Source: Candidatus Latescibacterota bacterium (GTDB lineage: Bacteria; Latescibacterota; UBA2968; UBA8231). Taken from it: 64,000 nt of DNA. This document shows, piece by piece, positions 57,467-64,000 of the stretch (position 1 is the stretch's first letter; every line of letters starts with the position of its first letter). Under the pieces are notes generated by a model that worked only from the letters and a program-made list of their open reading frames with translations, was not told where the DNA came from and did not search any database. A program made the position numbers and the translations under genes. The DNA lies in the NCBI GenBank assembly GCA_963422735.1, contig OY730476.1, positions 4,768,001 to 4,832,000 on the forward strand, given 5' to 3'.

Positions 57467-59374
57467 TCAATAATAGTAAAACGCATAGACCAGCGCGGCA
57501 CTGCCAATGCCGACGCAGGTACCTAAGATCAGGCCAATAAAAAAGGGCAGCAGGGTGCGGTAGAGTCGGATGCCACCGTAGCGCAGGGCTAGGAGTTTGA
57601 TCAGCCAGGCCAAGAAAATCCCGAACCAGTCGATGGAGACGGTGTTGGTCAGGGCGATGCCTAGCCCCACTGGATGCAAGGGCCAGCCGGCGAAGCGGTA
57701 CTGGGCTAGCGAGAGCAACCCGGCGAGGCCAGCGCCGATGGCGAGGAACACGGCCACCAGCGGCTCGGCCGGGTTGGGATTGTCGATCGAATTGGCGACC
57801 CAAGACCAGTGGTATTGCGGCGAGATAACGAAGTACCAGCGATAGCCGTGGATCAGCCCGTGGCGGTAGCCCAGCCATATATAGCAGACCATGGTAGTTA
57901 TGAGGCCGACGATCATGGCGGCGGACAAAAAGAACACTAGCTTGCGCCCGCTGATCTTGAGCCGGGCCGGCTCGCAGACCTTGAAGGCGTGGGCGAGGGT
58001 GCCCATCAGAAAGAGCTGCAAGTCGGCCGTCCAGACCATGCTCAGCCCCATTGCGCTCAGTCCTTGGGCACCAAAAGGGGCGGTGCCCACGAGATTGGTC
58101 AAAATCGGCGGCACGGAGACCGGAGCGCGCAGCCGGCCGATCCCGGTCTGGGCCAACAAGCGGGCAATGCCAAAGAAAATCACCAGCGCGACCAGCAAGA
58201 AGACGATGCTCCAGACCAAACTCAGGCCGCTGGCCCAGAGGAAGCCGCTCATGTACGCCAGCCCAACAAGCCCGAGCACAGCGGCGGTGCGCGGCGAGAT
58301 CGGGTTGTCGCAGTCTGGGGCACCGTCGATGATCAGCCGCCACTGGCGACGGAGAAAATCGCGCGACATCCACAGCGAAATCCCGACGATGCAGGCGAGT
58401 GAGCCAATCTGCTGATGAGCCAGCAGGACGTTGGTTGGTGCGTGGGGCTGGGCCGGCAGTGAGACGACGATGCCCAGCCAGTTGAGCAGTGCGCCTTCGG
58501 CGGCGATGATTATGTGAAAAAACCAGACGCTGAAAAGCACGTTGAGGCCAACCAGATAGCTCAAGCCCACGACCAACAGGTCGGTATTAAGCCCGTAACT
58601 AAGCCCGAATTGCCGGATCTCGATGCGACCGCCGGGAATGCCCAAGCCGTGGATGATCTCGATGTCTAATACTTGGTCGAGCATATTGACGGTCGGCAGC
58701 ATCGAGGCAATGAGAAATCCCAGCCACAACAGCTTGCTTTTGAGAATGGACGCGGTGGGGTTTTCCAAGGTCTCGATGAGCATGTTGGGGACGGCGGCGA
58801 GAGGATACACCAAGCGCTCTTGGCGCGACCACTGGCGGTGGACGAGGCTAATCAGCGCGATGCTGACCAAGAAGAAGGCCAGCATGAAGAGGCCCCACCA
58901 CAACAGCGGCCCGGCCCACAAGGCCCAAGGCACGGGCGCGGTGGCATCAGTTCCTTCAAAAAGCTGGCGGATCGCTTCGAGATCGCGGGGGACGGCCCAA
59001 TGGGGAATGTGCGGCCAAAGCAGGTCGGACCAGTTGTTTTCTGGGGTAGCGTAGTAAAAGACGCCGGCGATTAAAGGGATGAAGTAGCCGCCAAAGCCCA
59101 TTGAGGGCAGCACTACGGCGACCATTAGCGCGGCATAGACCAAGGCGAAATTGGCTGGCGAGAGGCGCAAGAGCGGGTGGAGCAGGCGCAGCGCGAGGGC
59201 GACGACCACGAGCCAGAAGATCAGGAAGATGACGCCGATGGTGTTGAAGTGATCGGTCAGCCCTGTGTAGTTGCCATAGAGGACATAGGTCCGCACACTG
59301 GTAAAGGTCATGCAGACGGTAAAGACGAGGACGAGGACGAAGGAGAAACAGGTGCCGAGGAAGGACGAGCGCAT
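57467..59374 (-). CDS. DUF6785/DUF6784 family polytopic membrane protein
   Basis: YYATPENNW, RQWSRQERLVYPL, WPLHPVG, LRYGGIRLYR..PFFIGLILG. Confidence 0.85.
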   Translation of the reverse strand: MRSSFLGTCFSFVLVLVFTVCMTFTSVRTYVLYGNYTGLTDHFNTIGVIFLIFWLVVVALALRLLHPLLRLSPANFALVYAALMVAVVLPSMGFGGYFIPLIAGVFYYATPENNWSDLLWPHIPHWAVPRDLEAIRQLFEGTDATAPVPWALWAGPLLWWGLFMLAFFLVSIALISLVHRQWSRQERLVYPLAAVPNMLIETLENPTASILKSKLLWLGFLIASMLPTVNMLDQVLDIEIIHGLGIPGGRIEIRQFGLSYGLNTDLLVVGLSYLVGLNVLFSVWFFHIIIAAEGALLNWLGIVVSLPAQPHAPTNVLLAHQQIGSLACIVGISLWMSRDFLRRQWRLIIDGAPDCDNPISPRTAAVLGLVGLAYMSGFLWASGLSLVWSIVFLLVALVIFFGIARLLAQTGIGRLRAPVSVPPILTNLVGTAPFGAQGLSAMGLSMVWTADLQLFLMGTLAHAFKVCEPARLKISGRKLVFFLSAAMIVGLITTMVCYIWLGYRHGLIHGYRWYFVISPQYHWSWVANSIDNPNPAEPLVAVFLAIGAGLAGLLSLAQYRFAGWPLHPVGLGIALTNTVSIDWFGIFLAWLIKLLALRYGGIRLYRTLLPFFIGLILGTCVGIGSAALVYAFYYY

Positions 59375-59386
59375 AGTAGTCTATTG

Positions 59387-59402
59387 GTTAGTGGCCACTA
59401 AC
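59387..59402. repeat. Perfect 16-bp palindrome of the heptamer family between divergent genes
   Basis: GTTAGTGGCCACTAAC. Confidence 0.7.
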
Positions 59403-59428
59403 GATACCATTCAGCAGATAGATACGCA

Positions 59429-61234
59429 ATGATCGCTGGGCTACAGGCCGGGCACTTGGGCTGGCTCGTCTTCGCCCTTGCTCTCGCCGTGCGGGTCGCC
59501 TACATCTTCGAGCTGGATGCGAGTCCGCTTTTTGTACATCCGGCGGTCGATGCCAAGACGTACACCTACCACGCCCAGCGCTTGGCTGCGGGCAACTGGT
59601 TGGGCATTGGCGAAGGGCCATTTTGGCAGCCGCCGCTCTACGCGTACTTCCTCGGGGCGGTGAAGGTTCTTTTTCCGGAGTCATTTTTTTACGCTGCGCG
59701 CTTTGTGCAAACGCTGCTAGGGGCGCTGGTCTGCGCGATGAGTTGGTGGATTGGGCGCTCTTTGTTCAATCCGGCGGTGGGGTTGCTGGCAGGGATCGGC
59801 GCGGCGCTGTGTGGGCCGCTGATTTTTTTTGACGGCGAACTGTTGCCGGCTTCATTAGCCGCCTTCGTGGATCTGCTGGCCTTGGTGGTGCTTTTGCGCG
59901 TCTGGCGTCGCCCGAGCCGTTGGGGCTTTTTGGGTGCTGGGGCGGCCTTTGGCGTCGGCGCATTGGCCGTGCCGACAGTGCTGACTTTTGCGGTCGCCGT
60001 GCCCATTGTCCTCCTGTGGGTCGCTCCCCGTCGGCAGGGCTTGGCTTGGGCTGGTGCTTTTGCACTGGGGGTAATTTTGGCTATCGCGCCGGTGGCTTGG
60101 CGCAACTGGGCCATCGGCGGCGATGGGGTGGGGATTTCCTACAACGCGGGGATCAACCTATACATCGGCAACAATCCCGACTATGCAGAGACCGTGGCCA
60201 TCCGCCCGGGGTGGGAATGGGACCATTTAGTCACCCAACCGGCGCGGAAGGGGATCGCGCGGCCCTCGGCTAAGTCCGCTTATTTCGCCGAGCGGGCCTC
60301 GGACTACATCCGGGGTGACCCGACTGCGTGGCTGGGGTTGATGGGGTACAAGTTAGGGGCGTTTTGGCACGGCGACGAGCGGGGGCGGAACCAGCCGATC
60401 TACTTCTGGCGCACGTACTCAAAGGTGCTGTCGGCGACCCTGTGGAAAGCAGGCATCGCCTTCCCCTTTGGCTTGGTGGCCCCCCTAGCGCTGTGGGGAA
60501 TGCTGCTGAGTCTGCGGCGGCTCGGGCCGACGTGGCCGCTGCTATACGTGCTGAGCTATTGTCTGGGAGTGGTCGCGTTTTTTGTGGCGGCGCGCTATCG
60601 AGTGCCAGTGCTGCCGGTAGTCATGGTATTTGCCGCCTACGGGTTGTGGGTGCTGTGGGCTTGGGGGCGGGCGAGCTGTTGGCGCAGCTTGGGGCTGGGG
60701 TTGGTTATCTGTGCGGCCTTTGCGTTTGCGGCCAACAGCCACCTAGCGCCAATGGACATGGAGGGGGACGCGGCGATCCACTACAATCTAGGCAATGCGT
60801 ATGCCAAAGCTGGCAACAAAGAGCGAGCACTGGCGGCGTTTGAGCGGGCGGTGGCCGAGGATCCCGAGTACTGGCAGGCGTGGTTAAATCTGGGTGGAGT
60901 TAAGGCTGCGCTGGGCGATCTCGCAGGCGGTGGGGAAATTTTTGCGCGCGTGGCGCAAAAGGCTCCCCGGCAAGTCGAGCCGTGGATGAACTTGGCGCAC
61001 GTGCGGATCGTGCAGCAAGACATAGAAGGGGCCTTTAGCTGCTATGAGTCCGCGCTTGCGGCCAATCCCAAGTTGCTACCAGCCTACGTGGAGATGATCC
61101 GCCTCTACGGGCAGATAGGTGATATAGCCCGGGCGGCGCATGTCCTTCAGCGAGCCGTCGATCACTTGCCCGCCGACCGCGACCGCTTGCGCCAGTTTTA
61201 CGAAGCGATACAACAGCGGGCGTTGGGCCGCTAA
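59429..61234 (+). CDS. GT-C fold (GT39/ArnT-like) glycosyltransferase with C-terminal TPRs
   Basis: VDAKTY acidic loop, PPLYAYFLG, GINLYIGNNP, ARYRVP; many TMs; TPR tail. Confidence 0.85.
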   Translation: MIAGLQAGHLGWLVFALALAVRVAYIFELDASPLFVHPAVDAKTYTYHAQRLAAGNWLGIGEGPFWQPPLYAYFLGAVKVLFPESFFYAARFVQTLLGALVCAMSWWIGRSLFNPAVGLLAGIGAALCGPLIFFDGELLPASLAAFVDLLALVVLLRVWRRPSRWGFLGAGAAFGVGALAVPTVLTFAVAVPIVLLWVAPRRQGLAWAGAFALGVILAIAPVAWRNWAIGGDGVGISYNAGINLYIGNNPDYAETVAIRPGWEWDHLVTQPARKGIARPSAKSAYFAERASDYIRGDPTAWLGLMGYKLGAFWHGDERGRNQPIYFWRTYSKVLSATLWKAGIAFPFGLVAPLALWGMLLSLRRLGPTWPLLYVLSYCLGVVAFFVAARYRVPVLPVVMVFAAYGLWVLWAWGRASCWRSLGLGLVICAAFAFAANSHLAPMDMEGDAAIHYNLGNAYAKAGNKERALAAFERAVAEDPEYWQAWLNLGGVKAALGDLAGGGEIFARVAQKAPRQVEPWMNLAHVRIVQQDIEGAFSCYESALAANPKLLPAYVEMIRLYGQIGDIARAAHVLQRAVDHLPADRDRLRQFYEAIQQRALGR

Positions 61235-61243
61235 TGGACAAAA

Positions 61244-62872
61244 TTAAGGGGCCGGCTGGACGACCCTGAGCACTTGGTTGGCGGCGACCTTTTCTAGGGT
61301 CTGATGCGTCCCGTCCGGCCAGTGGATTTCCACTTGGGCGCTCGTGGCCGCGCCCAGCCCGAAATGCAGGCGCGGATCGTGGCTGGCCAGATAGCTACCG
61401 CCCGATTGTCGCTCCTGCACTTGGCGCACCCCGCCAGCCGTAACTTCTACCCGCGTGCCGAGGGCATCGGGATGGCTCTTTCCCACCAGTAGAATTTGCA
61501 AATAGTGGCGGGCATTGCCGCCGTCGTTGCGCAACAGTCGCGGCCGGGCCGCTACCGTGGTCACTAGGAGGTCGAGGTCGCCGTCGTCGTCGTAGTCGGC
61601 GACAGCCGTGGCTCGGCCGGCGTTGGCCTTTTGGAAATCTAGTCCCAATGCGGCCGAGACGTCGGCAAAGCGGCGGCCAGCGTCGTTGCGGAACATCTGG
61701 TTGGGTTGCCGATAGGTCTGGCCCGAATCCACTTCTGCAATGCGGTCGATGACGTGGCCGTTGGCGGCGAAAAGGTCGAGGTCGCCGTCGTTGTCGTAGT
61801 CGAAAAACTTGGTGCCAAAGCCGAGGGGTCGATACGAGGGGTCGGCCAGCCCCAGGCGCTGGGTGGCGACGGCGAATTGGCCTTGGCCGTCGTTGCGGTA
61901 GAGGGCGTTGGTCTCAAAGGCGAAGTTGGTGACGAAAAGGTCGGCGTCGCCATCGCGGTCGTAGTCGCCAAAATCGACGCCCATGCCCGCGTCGGCGCTA
62001 CCGTACTCGTTGTAGCGAGTGCCGGCAATCAAACCCACTTCGGCGAAGGTGCTGTGCTGATTGGCGTAGAGGAAGTTCATGGTGCCGTCGTTGGCCACGT
62101 AGATGTCGGTGTCGCCGTCGCGGTCGTAGTCGGCTAGCGCAACGCCTAGCCCCTTGCCCTTGAGGGCGATGCCGGTCTCCTTGGTGACATTGGCGAAGGT
62201 GTGGCCGTCGTTGCGGTAGAGGAGGTCGCCTGTGGGGTCGTACACGCTAGGCTCGCAGTACGCGCGCACTTGGCCCTGCTGGCAGATGGCGTCGTCGTCG
62301 AGGGTGTAGCGCACGTAGTTGGCGACGAAGAGGTCGAGATCGCCGTCGAGGTCGTAGTCGAGGAAGCCGGCACTAGTGCCCCAGCGTGGATCTTCTAGGC
62401 CGGCCGGCGTTTTGGCAAAGGTGCCTTGGTCGTTGCGATAGAGGGCGTTGGGGCCGTAATTGGCGACGAAGAGGTCGGGGTCGCCGTCGGCGTCGTAGTC
62501 TGCGGCCGCGACGCCAAAGCCGTAGCTGGGGTCGGCGCTGCCGCTGTGGGCGGTGACGTCGGCGAAGGTGCCCGCGCCCGCGTTGCGATAGAGCTGGTTG
62601 ACCGGCGGCGGATTCGGGGGATGACCGGTCAGGTAGGTGCCGTTGGCGAGATAGAGGTCGAGGCGGTCGTCGCCATCGTAGTCGAGGAAAGCAGCTCCGG
62701 CACCGAAGGTTTCGACATAGTAGTATTCGCCGGAAAAGCCGTTGTAGTGGACGAAGAAGATGCCGGCGTCGGCACCGGCGTCGGCAAAATGCACCGGCGG
62801 TGCTGGGGGGGCTTGGGGGGCACAGGCGCAGAGGGTGCTGGCGAGGGCGAGGCCCCATATCTTGTCGTTCAC
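61244..62872 (-). CDS. CRTAC1/ASPIC-UnbV FG-GAP lipoprotein
   Basis: LCAC lipobox; DYDxDGD blades; GGSYLASHDPRLHFGLG..WPDG. Confidence 0.9.
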   Translation of the reverse strand: MNDKIWGLALASTLCACAPQAPPAPPVHFADAGADAGIFFVHYNGFSGEYYYVETFGAGAAFLDYDGDDRLDLYLANGTYLTGHPPNPPPVNQLYRNAGAGTFADVTAHSGSADPSYGFGVAAADYDADGDPDLFVANYGPNALYRNDQGTFAKTPAGLEDPRWGTSAGFLDYDLDGDLDLFVANYVRYTLDDDAICQQGQVRAYCEPSVYDPTGDLLYRNDGHTFANVTKETGIALKGKGLGVALADYDRDGDTDIYVANDGTMNFLYANQHSTFAEVGLIAGTRYNEYGSADAGMGVDFGDYDRDGDADLFVTNFAFETNALYRNDGQGQFAVATQRLGLADPSYRPLGFGTKFFDYDNDGDLDLFAANGHVIDRIAEVDSGQTYRQPNQMFRNDAGRRFADVSAALGLDFQKANAGRATAVADYDDDGDLDLLVTTVAARPRLLRNDGGNARHYLQILLVGKSHPDALGTRVEVTAGGVRQVQERQSGGSYLASHDPRLHFGLGAATSAQVEIHWPDGTHQTLEKVAANQVLRVVQPAP

Positions 62873-62932
62873 CAAACAGCCTTTAGGGTCGTCGTCGGCC
62901 GCCATGCGATAGACGAATCTCAGCACCGATGT

Positions 62933-63229
62933 CTATGTACAGCCATCCCCGGTCGGCGCAGCCGCGCGACGCCGGCAGAGCGTTTGGTTAGGGACTCTAA
63001 ATTGGGCGAACTCAATGACGTCGAGGGTTTGGGGTCGGGCCAGTTCCTTGCGCTGCTGGAGAAGTCGATCCAGCGCCTTGGCGGTTTGGGCCGCCATATA
63101 GGATTGATGGCCATGGGGACAACGGACCACCGGCACCTTATCCACCAGAAACTTATCGTTCTTGGGGCCATACACTTGCGTCTTGTAGCGCAGCTTCGCG
63201 CCGTCCTTACCGCAGTAGTCGCAAGTCAT
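62933..63229 (-). CDS. YgiT/MqsA-type zinc-finger antitoxin-like protein, probably degenerating
   Basis: MTCDYCG...VPVVRCPHGHQSY; second Cys pair incomplete; C-terminus appears extended past EFA. Confidence 0.7.
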   Translation of the reverse strand: MTCDYCGKDGAKLRYKTQVYGPKNDKFLVDKVPVVRCPHGHQSYMAAQTAKALDRLLQQRKELARPQTLDVIEFAQFRVPNQTLCRRRAAAPTGDGCT

Positions 63230-63450
63230 GGGGTTTCTCTCCAAGCCGTGGTAAAAACCAGTTTGCCTGTTGGACTAATGCCAAGTTGCCTGCTTTTGTC
63301 TCACCTAAGATGACGTATTTGCATTCGCCCGAGGTTGAATCCGCTCAATAAGGAGTATGTGAATTCCTCATAGGTATGATCGGGAATAATATACTCACTG
63401 GCGCGGATCTTGTCGCGCATCTGGTAGAGGATATAGGTCGTGCATCGCAT
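63226..63450 (-). pseudogene. DUF4258 toxin-like pseudogene
   Basis: ILYQMRDKIRASEYII..H..EE / DSTSGECKYVILGET / ISPTGKLVFTTAW in shifted frames; ATGA-coupled to the zinc-finger gene. Confidence 0.75.
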
Positions 63451-63593
63451 GCCGTCCCCCAATATATAGACCGCCGCGTTCTCTTGCTGTGCAGCGATCT
63501 CTGCGTTGGCAGGCGGACGATTTCCCTCTTGCGCGATGGGGTCGCGGCTTATTTAATGGTGGCGTTACTAACCACTAAACAGGAGAATAGACG

Positions 63594-63785
63594 ATGCCGT
63601 TTATCAACGTGAAGATGCTCGCGGGGCGTTCCGCCGAGCAGAAGCGGGCTTTAGTCGAAGCCTTGACCGAGGCCATGGTGGATACCTGCAACGCGCCCCG
63701 AGAGGGGACGACGGTAGTGCTCGAAGAATGCGAGCGCGAGCACTGGGCCGTCGGTGGGATGCTGGTGGCGGACCGCCCGGAATAA
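63594..63785 (+). CDS. 4-oxalocrotonate tautomerase family protein
   Basis: Pro1 after Met; GRSAEQKRAL, HWAVGG; RBS AGGAG. Confidence 0.92.
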   Translation: MPFINVKMLAGRSAEQKRALVEALTEAMVDTCNAPREGTTVVLEECEREHWAVGGMLVADRPE

Positions 63786-63801
63786 GGCGGAATAGGCCAT
63801 A

Positions 63802-64000
63802 TCACAGCACATAGGCCAAAGCTGTGGCGATGAGCAGGCCGAAAAAGACCCAGCCTAGCAGGGCCTCGGCAACAGCGAGGAGTTTGAGCTTGCCCGTCGC
63901 GTCCCAGGCTTGGGAGTTGATGTGGATAAAGGTATAGATGCTGAAGACGATGCAGTCGGCGAGAGTGGGCTGGCCTGCGCCGGAGGCGGGGCGCATGGAG
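63802..64000 (-). CDS. C-terminal two-helix ion-channel-like (Ion_trans_2-like) domain, partial
   Basis: FSIYTF...G.LKLLAVAEALLGWVFFGLLIA; no GYGD filter; frame open to the window end. Confidence 0.55.
   Translation of the reverse strand, partial: SMRPASGAGQPTLADCIVFSIYTFIHINSQAWDATGKLKLLAVAEALLGWVFFGLLIATALAYVL

Noticed and set aside
1-64000. tRNA, rRNA, integrase, transposase or prophage genes
   Set aside because: No recognisable signatures found by eye

Overview
GC-rich bacterial window. The gene content (FlgD-Ig/'NPFN' sorting tail, five CRTAC1/ASPIC-UnbV FG-GAP proteins, many TPR proteins, three DUF6785/DUF6784 membrane proteins) resembles Latescibacterota/Poribacteria-like lineages, but this is inference. 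Core content: secreted FG-GAP/TPR/parvulin operons, a Dpp/Opp ABC transporter, sugar oxidoreductases, GH116 and a GT-C glycosyltransferase. Most notable: (i) an animal-like alkyl-DHAP synthase overlapping a DHRS7B/PexRAP-like reductase, a candidate ether-lipid cassette; (ii) an 11-kb SNF2-DUF3883/DUF1156/DUF499 BREX-related defence island carrying a 3TM+TIR pair, MNT-HEPN and DUF433 inserts; (iii) a 75-bp in-frame insert with a 27-bp palindrome and a C14 tract inside an ASPIC-UnbV gene; (iv) heptamer repeats with a consistent orientation relative to stops and starts; (v) an intact MvaI/BcnI-type R-M pair between two RHH-antitoxin remnants, a BfiI-like R-M remnant and several decayed TA modules; (vi) two candidate structured RNAs. 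No rRNA, tRNA or CRISPR array was seen. All family calls come from motif recognition by eye; no searches were run.
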